From positions 1 to 29,460 of the forward strand of contig CAXHJY010000247.1 of NCBI GenBank assembly GCA_964016885.1: a stretch of DNA of 29,460 nucleotides, given 5' to 3'. Below are positions 16,797 through 28,910 of the stretch, piece after piece. The position numbers were made by a program, and so were the translations under genes. Position 1 is the first letter of the stretch; each line of letters begins with the position of its first letter. This DNA is from Eledone cirrhosa. Its lineage: Eukaryota. A model generated the notes under the pieces. It saw only the letters and a list, made by a program, of their open reading frames with translations. It ran no database searches and was not told the DNA's origin.

Positions 16797-17675
16797 TAAA
16801 ATATTAAATAAATAATGAATAAACAATGAGACAGTTCCTTATATTAAACAAAAAAAGTTCATTATTTAACGATCGTTTCTAGGATATATATGTGTTAGAA
16901 TTGGCATGCATATTCAACAGATCTATGTACAAAATTATACAAAATTATACAAACTATCAAGATTAAATATACATACCAACACATATATACGACGTCTTCA
17001 GAAATAATGAAGTATATTTATTGATAATAACAACAATTCAAAATTTCAGGTCCGTTTGGGAACAAAGTTGACCAATGAAAACACAAAAGGTTAAATGCAG
17101 TTTGGTGTGTGTATATACATGTAAAACCCTTACACATATTTTACAAAAATGTATGTATAATTTGTATACGCATACTAAAAGGATGGATGCAAATACAACA
17201 TTTCAAGGTTAATGTCTCTGTAAGTTTATAATGCACAGATAAGATGCGTATAGACACACAAATATGAAATTAAGTATATAAATATATTTTTTCATACTCA
17301 CACATATCCGTACAATCACACATACACGCGCGTATATGCATAAATATACACATAACCACGAAAATACAAACACACACACACCCCCACTCACATTTATATA
17401 TGTGGATATAAAATCATAAGCACATGGATATTAATTCACTCACATAAACACTGGCACACACATTTAGATCAAGATACAGAAATTAGGTGGGAGGGGGGGG
17501 GAGAGGTCAGTATTCAACGGTCTGGGCCGACTGCTTAATATAGATGTATCTATAAACTAAGAAAATAAAAAATAATAAATAATAAATAAACATTAAAGAG
17601 GAAAGAATAGAAAGAGAAAAGAAAAAAGAAATATATCAAGAAAATATATATATATATATATATATATACATACAC

Positions 17676-17740
<65 letters not shown>

Positions 17741-17873
17741 TACATATATATACACACATATACAAACACATACATACATATACACACATCCACACTAAGA
17801 ACATACATACACACACATATATAAACATATACATATACACACATACATACATATACACATATACATATAAATA

Positions 17874-17916
<43 letters not shown>

Positions 17917-18229
17917 GTATATACACATACATACACACATACATATACATATAATCACACATACTATATAGACACACATATATATAACCACACACATACA
18001 CGCACATATACAACACTTACATACTTATATACATACAGATATACACATACATAGCTATATATACACACAAATATATACAGACTTACATACATACATACAG
18101 ACAAATACTTACGCATCTATATATCGGTATATACATACAAACACCACTACACTATCACACAACTTAGACATACAAAGAGAAAGGTATATACCTATACACA
18201 CATACATATACAAATAGAAAAACATATAG

Positions 18230-18296
<67 letters not shown>

Positions 18297-18517
18297 CATA
18301 CATATACACATACACACACATACACATACATACACATACATACATGTACACACACATAGAAATATATACGCATACACACATACACACATACATATAAAGT
18401 CATACACACACATACACCTACACGAACATACACATACACATATATAAAGATATATATATACACACACACACACACACATACACACACACACATATATATA
18501 AAAAATAAATAATAAAG

Positions 18518-18562
<45 letters not shown>

Positions 18563-18911
18563 TATACATATATATATATATATACACACACATACATACA
18601 CACATACATAGACATACATGTACATACATACACATACATAGATATACATACATATATATATACACACATAGACATATACATACATACACACACAACTTAC
18701 ATACACACATATATATACATATATATTCATACATAGAATTAGATATATAATCATACATACATATGCACTTACATATACTCATATATACAAATACATACGC
18801 ATCCATATATGCGTATATACATAGAAACACCACTACAACCTCACCCAACTCAGACATACAAATAAAAATAAAAAGGCATATGCATATACATATATACACG
18901 CATTAATAGAG

Positions 18912-18981
<70 letters not shown>

Positions 18982-19133
18982 ATTCATATATATATATACA
19001 TACCCACACACACATACCACCATAAATACACATACAAACACCCACATATACATATATATACACACATATATATATATATATATACACACACATAAAAAAC
19101 AGACATGCACATATATATATTTTTTTACACTTA
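16796..19133 (-). repeat. 2.3-kb inverted copy of the PLE2 3' region (22044-24370)
   Basis: Unique segments match as reverse complements with only a handful of substitutions; the ORF track gives near-identical peptides on opposite strands (e.g. 17209-17391 vs 23775-23957). Confidence 0.96.
16858..17011 (-). ncRNA. Type I hammerhead ribozyme with long stem II (inverted copy)
   Basis: Reverse complement of 24155-24308 with two substitutions seen in stem II. Confidence 0.7.
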
Positions 19134-19135
19134 CA

Positions 19136-20253
19136 TCAAAATTTTTATCAAAATTTGATAAAAATGCGACCTTCTATAACGAAGCTCTAGATAGAAGTGG
19201 CCACAAAAATAGATTAGAATATATACCTTCTACTAAAAATACTGAAAGCATACAACCTAATATTACCAACAAACACCAAATGAAAAGTACACACCTAAAT
19301 GCCACCCACACTATACCCCAAAATACCAAATCTTCTAATATAAAGTATAGTAACTCTCAAAAAACTACTCATCATACAACTCTAATAAATATTAATAATA
19401 AAACTCCTAATAAAAAGGATAAAACACCTAAATCTACAAATATAACTAAAAATGGTTGTGGTGAGATCATTAACATTAATCCTCCTAGTAAAAATCACGA
19501 TACAACCTATAAAAATAATAAAAATAATAAACAACATAGAAACCGTAATAGACGGGTTACTTGGTATAATGCTCCATTTAATTTACAAGTTAAGGATAAT
19601 ATTGCTAAAAAAAATTTTTTTATATCCTTCAGAAAAACTTCCCGCCAAACCACAAATACCATCAAATCTTAAAGAGGTCTACAGTTAAATTCTCATACTC
19701 TACAACAAATAACATAAAACAAAATATAAGTGCCTATAATGCATATAAATGTAAGAAAACCATAAGTATACCACCAGTACATCAAATTAACCATAATATC
19801 TCCTCAAATACAGAACTAACGAAAGGATGTAACTGTAGAAACAAAGCAAACTGCCCATTAAAAGGGAATTGTCTTGTTAGCAACATAGTCTATAAATGTA
19901 ATGTTAAAACTAAAGATTCTATTTGCTCATATATAGGAGCTACCTCTAACAATTTTAAGACAAGGTTTAATACCCACAAGCATAGTTTTAAAAATGCCGC
20001 ACTGGCTAATACAACATCTCTAGCAGAAAAAATCAATAGTTATAAAAATAAGAATATAGAATATGATTTGACCTGGAGTGTGCTCAAAAGAGCCACCCCT
20101 TATCAAAATAATAGAAATGAATGTAGATTATGTTCCCAAGAACTATTTGAAATAATGAAATCTAAGGATATCTTATTAAATAAACGACAGGAATTAATTA
20201 TATCGTGTAATCATAAACTAAAAAAAACATTTAAATATTATAAACCTAATTAA
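19136..20253 (+). pseudogene. PLE polyprotein remnant: end of RT thumb, N/K/T-rich linker and GIY-YIG endonuclease; one frameshift
   Basis: FDKNATFYNEALDRSGH; RRVTWYNAPFN; frameshift in the A/T run ~19610-19620; FPPNHKYHQILKRSTVKFSYS; GCNCRNKANCPLKGNCLVSNIVYKCNV..SYIGATSNNFKTRFNTHKHSF; CRLCSQE..LLNKRQELIISCNHK; TAA at 20251-20253. Confidence 0.93.
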
Positions 20254-21389
20254 TAACATTATTTTAGAAATTAATTTAATTTAAATGTTAGTTAACCTAT
20301 AAATTTAATTTAATTAAAATTTTATTACAGATGAGAATATAAAATATTATGTAATCATAAATTGTGAAAAACCTTTAAATATTACTAATATATACTTAGT
20401 AATTTAATTTATAGATTAATTTTAATTTATTTAAACCTTTTATTATAATTCTTTTACAGATAAAATATAACAAAATAATATCGTGTATCCAATGACAGAG
20501 AAATAATTTTTAGTATTATAGACCTAATTAATATACATTTTAGAAATATATTTATAATTTGGTTTTAATTTTAATCAACCTAAAAATTTAATTTAATTTG
20601 CTTAAAATTAGTATCCTTATACAGACGAATTGCAGAATGTCATGTAATCATAGAATGGGATGTGTTTTGGATATATACCTAGTTAATATATTCTATGCAA
20701 TTTTTTGAAAAAAATATGTATATGTATATGTGTATGTGTATGTGTGTGTGTATGTATATGTGTATATATGTATATATATATGTGTGTGTATATATATGTA
20801 TATATGTATGTGTATGTATATGTATATGTATATGTATTAATTTTGATTTCTATTTGCATATAATTATATTCTGCTATTGATAAAATACAATATCTGTTTT
20901 ATTTATTATATACCTAATTAACATATACTATAGAAATAAATATATAATTTTTAATTTAGTTAACCTATAATTTATATTCTACTACCGATGTAATACTTTA
21001 TTTGTTTTTCCCTATTACTAAATTCATTTCCTAATATTGATACCATAACGTTATTAACTTTAATTTAGTTATACTATAATTAATACTCTACTACTATTTA
21101 ACTTCAAAATTCTGCTTCAAATATTATAAACCTAACTAATTTACACCTTAGAAATCAATATGTTAACTATCTTTAGTTTAGTTAACATATAGTTAATGGT
21201 ATACTTGTTTATTTTGAGATGCATAGATTTTGCCTTATTTCTTGTTTATTGTATTTCCTAACACTGAAACTATGTAAAAACATACATTGGATCAAGATAC
21301 GGATAATATTCTATGTTTCTTGAAACATATATTTACTATAATCCCCTTCTCCAAACCCCCCCTTTCCCCCATACTATTATCATCTGTAT

Positions 21390-21533
21390 TTGTAAGCGTG
21401 TATGTATGAATATATATGTAGGTAGGTGTGTATATATGTGTGTGTGTATGTATGTATATATGTGTATATATGCATGTGTATATGTGTGTGTATGTGAATG
21501 TGTGTATGTGTATATGTATATATATGTATATAT

Positions 21534-21575
<42 letters not shown>

Positions 21576-21800
21576 GTCTATATATATGTGTGTGTATGTA
21601 TGTGTGTGTATGTGTGGTTGTATATATATGTATGTCTCTCTATTTATATGTCTATCTTCGTATCTATGTGGATATATGTGTGTGTGTGCATGTATACACA
21701 TATATGTGTTTATGTGTATATGTGTGTATGTGTATATATGTGTGTGTGCACACACACACACATATATATGTGAGTGTGTATATGTGTCTGTGTATATGTA

Positions 21801-21842
<42 letters not shown>

Positions 21843-21880
21843 TCTATGTGTGTATATATGTCTATATTCGTATGTGTGTA

Positions 21881-21941
<61 letters not shown>

Positions 21942-22195
21942 ATATATATATATATATATATATTATTTATTATTATTATAATATAACTTATATGTATGTG
22001 TGTATATGTGATGGTGTGTATATGTATATAATATGTGTATATATAAGTGTAACAAAATATATATATGTGCATGTCTGTTTTTTATGTGTGTGTATATATA
22101 TATATATATATGTGTGTATATATATGTATATGTGGGTGTTTGTATGTGTATTTATGGTGGTATGTGTGTGTGGGTATGTATATATATATATGAAT

Positions 22196-22249
<54 letters not shown>

Positions 22250-22598
22250 CTCTATTAATGCGTGTATATATGTATATGCATATGCCTTTTTATTTTTATT
22301 TGTATGTCTGAGTTGGGTGAGGTTGTAGTGGTGTTTCTATGTATATACGCATATATGGATGCGTATGTATTTGTATATATGAGTATATGTAAGTGCATAT
22401 GTATGTATGATTATATATCTAATTCTATGTATGAATATATATGTATATATATGTGTGTATGTAAGTTGTGTGTGTATGTATGTATATGTCTATGTGTGTA
22501 TATATATATGTATGTATATCTATGTATGTGTATGTATGTACATGTATGTCTATGTATGTGTGTATGTATGTGTGTGTATATATATATATATATGTATA

Positions 22599-22643
<45 letters not shown>

Positions 22644-22860
22644 CTTTATTATTTATTTTTTATATATATGTGTGTGTGTGTATGTGTGTGTGTGTGTGTA
22701 TATATATCTTTATATATGTGTATGTGTATGTTCGTGTAGGTGTATGTGTGTGTATGACTTTATATGTATGTGTGTATGTGTGTATGCGTATATATTTCTA
22801 TGTGTGTGTACATGTATGTATGTGTATGTATGTGTATGTGTGTGTATGTGTATATGTATG

Positions 22861-22909
<49 letters not shown>

Positions 22910-23257
22910 ATATATATATATATCTATATGTTTTTCTATTTGTATATGTATGTGTGTATAGGTATATACCTTTCTCTTTGTATGTCTAAGTTGTGTGATA
23001 GTGTAGTGGTGTTTGTATGTATATACCGATATATAGATGCGTAAGTATTTGTCTGTATGTATGTATGTAAGTCTGTATATATTTGTGTGTATATATAGCT
23101 ATGTATGTGTATATCTGTATGTATATAAGTATGTAAGTGTTGTATATGTGCGTGTATGTGTGTGGTTATATATATGTGTGTCTATATAGTATGTGTGATT
23201 ATATGTATATGTATGTGTGTATGTATGTGTATATACATATATATGTATATGTATATA

Positions 23258-23291
<34 letters not shown>

Positions 23292-23440
23292 TATTTATAT
23301 GTATATGTGTATATGTATGTATGTGTGTATATGTATATGTTTATATATGTGTGTGTATGTATGTTCTTAGTGTGGATGTGTGTATATGTATGTATGTGTT
23401 TGTATATGTGTGTATATATATGTATGTGTGTGTGTGTGTG

Positions 23441-23489
<49 letters not shown>

Positions 23490-23520
23490 GTGTATGTATA
23501 TATATATATATATATATATA
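21390..23520 (+). repeat. Complex (TATG/TGTG/TA) microsatellite inside the PLE2 3' UTR
   Basis: Direct reading; TG polarity on the PLE sense strand. A shorter block lies at 20715-20836. Confidence 0.95.
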
Positions 23521-24154
23521 TTTTCTTGATATATTTCTTTTTTCTTTTCTCTTTCTATTCTTTCCTCTTTAATGTTTATTTATTATTTATTATTTTTTAT
23601 TTTCTTAGTTTATAGATACATCTATATTAAGCAGTCGGCCCAGACCGTTGAATACTGACCTCTCCCCCCCCCCTCCCACCTAATTTCTGTATCTTGATCT
23701 AAATGTGTGTGCCAGTGTTTATGTGAGTGAATTAATATCCATGTGCTTATGATTTTATATCCACATATATAAATGTGAGTGGGGGTGTGTGTGTGTTTGT
23801 ATGTTCGTGGTTATGTGTATATTTATGCATATACGCGCGTGTATGTGTGATTGTACGGATATGTGTGAGTATGAAAAAATATATTTATATACTTAATTTC
23901 ATATTTGTGTGTCTATACGCATCTTATCTGTGCATTATAAACTTACAGAGACATTAACCTTGAAATGTTGTATTTGCATCCATCCTTTTAGTATGCGTAT
24001 ACAAATTATACATACATTTTTGTAAAATATGTGTAAGGGTTTTACATGTATATACACACACCAAACTGCATTTATCCTTTGGTGTTTTCATTGGTCAACT
24101 TTGTTCCCAAACGGACCTGAAATTTTGAATTGTTGTTATTATCAATAAATATAC

Positions 24155-24308
24155 TTCATTATTTCTGAAGACGGCGTATATATGTGTTGGTATGTATATT
24201 TAATCTTGATAGTTTGTATAATTTTGTATAATTTTGTACATAGATCTGTTGAATATGCATACCAATTCTAACACATATATATCCTAGAAACGATCGTTAA
24301 ATAATGAA
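24155..24308 (+). ncRNA. Type I hammerhead ribozyme with 115-nt stem II
   Basis: Stem I ttcattattt/aaataatgaa (10 bp); CTGAAGA 24165-24171; stem II 24172-24286 (tatatatgtgtt/aacacatatata and ggtatgtatatttaa/ttgaatatgcatacc); GAAA 24287-24290; palindrome cgatcg; UH = TT. The base of stem II has mismatches. Confidence 0.72.
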
Positions 24309-24504
24309 CTTTTTTTGTTTAATATAAGGAACTGTCTCATTGTTTATTCATTATTTATTTAATATTTTATCTTGACTCTGTATACCGTTTATCTTTCACC
24401 GAAAGTGATTTTTCATTACATCTCTTCTTTCCATGATATCCGGAATACATTGAGTTCTTCATACGGATTGGACACTACCGTAAACTCTTGGTAGATTTAT
24501 CTAC

Positions 24505-24614
24505 ATATATAAATATATATATATATAATTATATATAAATATATATATATATAAATATATATAAATATATATAAATATATATATATATAAATATATAAAT
24601 ATATATATATATAA

Positions 24615-24679
<65 letters not shown>

Positions 24680-24686
24680 TATAAAT

Positions 24687-24731
<45 letters not shown>

Positions 24732-24764
24732 TATATATATATTTATATATATATTTATATATAT

Positions 24765-24821
<57 letters not shown>

Positions 24822-24848
24822 AATATATATATATATAAATAAATATAT

Positions 24849-24881
<33 letters not shown>

Positions 24882-24890
24882 AATATAAAT

Positions 24891-24941
<51 letters not shown>

Positions 24942-25093
24942 TATAAAGATATATATATATATATTTATATATAAATATATATATATATATATTTATATAT
25001 ATTTATATATATATATATATTTATATATATTTATATAAATATATATAAATATATATATATATAAATATATATAAATATATATATATATATATA

Positions 25094-25133
<40 letters not shown>

Positions 25134-25142
25134 AATATATAT
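24505..25142. repeat. (TA)n microsatellite with TAAA/TTTA variants
   Basis: Direct reading. Confidence 0.98.
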
Positions 25143-26885
25143 AATGAAATGACATGAGGCTGGATTTGTGTAAATCCTTGAAAGGTTTATTATACTATAT
25201 CACCGTATGAATCCGGTGATATCATCAGGTATTCGAAATATAATACGTGAATGTAATAGGTAAAATCCATGGGGCTGAAAATCGAGACCCGAGGGCGACC
25301 GCTATTCTGTTCCTTCAACCTCAGCCGGTCGCCCTGGAGTGACGTGGCTAATTTTTATAGTATGCTACTACCGGTCAGATGAACGAAAACAGAAAGAGAT
25401 GGGAGCATAGGTTAACGTCGATCCCATGACACAAGGTAAAAGAAAGAAAGAAAGGAAGGAGAAGAAGGGGGAAGAAAGAAGAAGAGAAGTCAGGGTTAAT
25501 GTCAGCTAAAAGAGGAAGGTAACTACTACTGGTCAGATATAGGCAAGCAAGAGGGGTAGGAAGATAAGTCTGCAGAGAGGAGGAGAGAAGTAGAAAAGTG
25601 AGGGTTGATGGCTACAAGAAGGAAGATAGAAAGGAAGAGGAAGAAAGGTCGATATTAATTTCAGACCACAGTCAAGCCAGGAGTGACGCGAGAAAATTTT
25701 CACAGGGACCCGCATCTTAGCGGAGATGGATATATTGGGAGTCAGTGTTTTACTGTGTTTAGACTTCTAGGATGAAGTTAAAAACATTTAATAATCAATA
25801 TTCAATATTAAAGAGGTTAGAAAATTTAAAGTTCAACAGTTTAACAATTAATTATATAATAGTTCCGATTTGTTCTGTAATTTAAAGGTACTATTTGGCG
25901 GTTAAAACAACGGCCGCGCCCCAGGCCACATGGCGAATTAAGCCACGCCGAGTATTTTCATTTACTGAAAGAAGGGGAAATTTATTTTTTCAAGCACTCT
26001 AGGTGAGCTCGTTCGCCACGGAGCTGGTCGCGCCGCCATTAAAACCCACCCAACAGTCCGACAGAAAGTTGGAACTTTAAAATTTAGCTTAGAGAAGTAA
26101 AAGAGTAATGGTTGATAGCTACAAGAAGGAAGATAGAAAGAGAGAGGAAGGAAGGTCGATATTAATGTCACACCACAGTCGGGCCAGGAGTGGCGCGACA
26201 AAATTTTCACAGGGACTCGCATCTTAGCAGAGGTGAATATATTGGGGGTCAGTGTGTTACAATGTTTAGACTTATAGGATGAAGTTAAAAAATTAATAAA
26301 TTAATAATCAATATTCCATATTAAAGAGGTTAGAAAACTTAAAGCTCAACAGTTTCAGGTTGATATATATAATAGTTCCGATTTGTTCCGTAATTTAAAG
26401 GTACTATTTGGCGGTTAAAACACCGGCCGCGTCCCAGGCCCCATGGCTAATTAAGCCACGCCGAGTATTTTCATTTACTGAAAGAAGGGGAATTTATTTT
26501 TCCAAGCACTCCAAGTGAGCCCGTTCGCCAGGGAGCTGGTCGCGCCGCCGCTAAAACCCACCCAACGGTCCGACAGAAAGTTGGAACTTTAGAATTTTGC
26601 TTAACTCTATCGGATGAAGTTGAAAGAATTCAGAATAACATTATGAAACTAAGGAGTAAGAGGATTGAGAATTGAACAAACGGAAAATTGAAGATTAGAC
26701 ATTCAAATAACTTCTATGAGGTTTTGGGTTGCGGGGTTTAATTAAATAGTCTTTTATGAAGAAACGTTAATTGTATTATGTAGATCTGTAATTTATCCTA
26801 GTGGGATGTAGAGTACGGGATATAGTCGTGTAATGTTTAATTTTTGTTCTCAGGAGGAGACATTCTAGTGTCGTGTGCAAATGGG
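25143..26885 (-). mobile_element. Probable Penelope-like element 3: extreme C-terminus of a degenerate Naiad-like ORF plus 1.6-kb 3' UTR
   Basis: Minus strand 26885-26742 reads, with frameshifts, [31 protein letters not shown], paralleling CNLCLNEK..INRRSD..CLHK of PLE1. CTGATGA + hairpin + AATAAA near the 3' end; (TA)n flanks. Confidence 0.55.
25583..26602. repeat. Two tandem ~510-bp diverged units, relatively GC-rich
   Basis: agagaagta...gctacaagaaggaagatagaaag...cgcatcttagc...ccgacagaaagttggaacttta at ~25583-26090 and 26091-26602, with many substitutions between units. Confidence 0.92.
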
Positions 26886-27382
<497 letters not shown>

Positions 27383-27693
27383 AGAATAAGGAGCAGGTAT
27401 TGCAATAGCCTGGGATTCAAGGGCCCTCAACTCTTCAACAGGCTACCGAGGCATCTGCGAGACTTGCATGACGTGGAGGTGGATGTCTTTAAGAAAAATC
27501 TCGACACCTTGTTATCCAGGATCCCGGATGGGCCCACAGCAAGGCACGGGGGAAACCTAAGGGCAGCAGCAACAAACTCCCTCCTACACCAGTGGCCAAC
27601 CTATACAGGCTGGAGATGAAATGTGTAGTAACAAGGGCGGTGCCCCAGCATGGCCTCAGCCGGATGGCTGAAACAGGTAAAAGAGTAAAAAAA
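27383..27693 (+). mobile_element. 3' fragment of a second CR1-group LINE (family B)
   Basis: 27383-27619 translates [53 protein letters not shown], homologous to the family A C-terminus (GPALFN..FKKSLD..IPDKP..NSLL). 3' UTR ggcggtgccccagcatggcc..gaaacaggtaaaagagtaaaa. Confidence 0.88.
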
Positions 27694-27709
27694 TATATAT
27701 ATATATATA

Positions 27710-27743
<34 letters not shown>

Positions 27744-28048
27744 AATATATATATACATATATAAATATATATATATATAAATATATATATACATATATAA
27801 ATATATATATATATATATAAATATATATATATATAAATATATATATACATATATAAATATATATATATATATATAAATATATATATACATATATAAATAT
27901 ATATATATATAAATATATATATATATAAATATATATATACATATATAAATATATATATATATAAATATATATATATATAAATCTATATATATATATATAA
28001 ATATATATATATAAATATATATATATATAAATATATATATATATAAAT

Positions 28049-28087
<39 letters not shown>

Positions 28088-28152
28088 AATATATATATAT
28101 ATAAATATATATATATATAAATATATATATATAAATATATATATATATAAAT

Positions 28153-28185
<33 letters not shown>

Positions 28186-28250
28186 AATATATATATATAT
28201 AAATATATATATATATAAATATATATATATAAATATATATATATATAAAT

Positions 28251-28283
<33 letters not shown>

Positions 28284-28356
28284 AATATATATATATATAA
28301 ATATATATATATATAAATATATATATATATAAATATATATATATATAAATATATAT
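27694..28356. repeat. (TA)n microsatellite with regular TAAA variants
   Basis: Direct reading. Confidence 0.98.
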
Positions 28357-28573
28357 ATTTCGTTTCTGAATTTGTTTAGCAAGATTCTTTATCTGAAATC
28401 GTGTGTTGAAACCGATATTGTTATACTTTGGGAGGGTCATGTTGCCAATAAGAAACACACGCACCAGTTGCTTTCACTTCAATTTAATTTAATATATATT
28501 TATAAATTTACAAATTTATAAATTTCTGGTTGGTTGGTTGGTTCCACAACCAGATAGTTGTTTATATATATAT

Positions 28574-28618
28574 AGTCATAGTTCTTTCGTCACACACTCT
28601 GTGACCTCTTCAGTGACT
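28574..28618 (-). ncRNA. Minimal type I hammerhead ribozyme
   Basis: Minus strand: agtca CTGAAGA g gtcaca-gagtg-tgtgac GAAA gaac TA tgact. Stem I 5 bp, stem II 6 bp, very short stem III. Confidence 0.8.
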
Positions 28619-28663
28619 GGGGATTTCTTTCTTCGTTTCTGTGCCTTTCCTTCTTCTATCCTA

Positions 28664-28719
28664 CGCCATTTTGTTTGTGTGTGGGTTGCGTGCTCAGTTT
28701 GCGCATGCGCCACATCCGG
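28664..28719 (-). promoter_or_regulatory. Candidate pLTR promoter: ETS-like, NRF1 and YY1 motifs
   Basis: In sense order: CCGGATGT (28719-28712), GCGCATGCGCA (28710-28700), CAAAATGGCG (28673-28664), upstream of the HHR. Motif match only. Confidence 0.45.
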
Positions 28720-28910
28720 GTGTCTGTGTGTGTTTGTGTTCATTTTTCTATTTTTCTATTTATATTTGTTTGTTTATTTATTTATTTATTGTTGGTTGTT
28801 TGTTCTATGTGTGTGTGTGTTTTCATTTTGTCTTGTGTGTGTTTTCATTTTGTGTGTGTTTTCAATTGTAAGTTGTTTGTTCTATGTGTGTGTGTGTTTT
28901 CATTTTGTCC

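Larger units (their letters stand above)
16796..24504 (+). mobile_element. Penelope-like element 2 (Naiad-like): inverted pLTR + 5'-truncated ORF + 4.2-kb 3' UTR/pLTR with HHR and tail
   Basis: 16796-19133 is the reverse complement of 22044-24370; coding remnant 19136-20253; HHR 24155-24308; tail 24371-24504; both outer ends in (TA)n. Confidence 0.88.

Noticed and set aside
19136-20253. Selenocysteine recoding, reported for some Naiad PLEs
   Set aside because: Conserved Cys positions read here and in PLE1 are TGT/TGC, with no in-frame TGA; the ATGA hairpin in the tail does not fit SECIS geometry.
16796-24370. DNA transposon with long terminal inverted repeats
   Set aside because: No transposase; the interior is a PLE ORF and the arms contain the PLE ribozyme.
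25533-26222. Paired MRVPVKI.. ORFs
   Set aside because: Short, no recognisable motif, different C-termini; explained by the tandem repeat.
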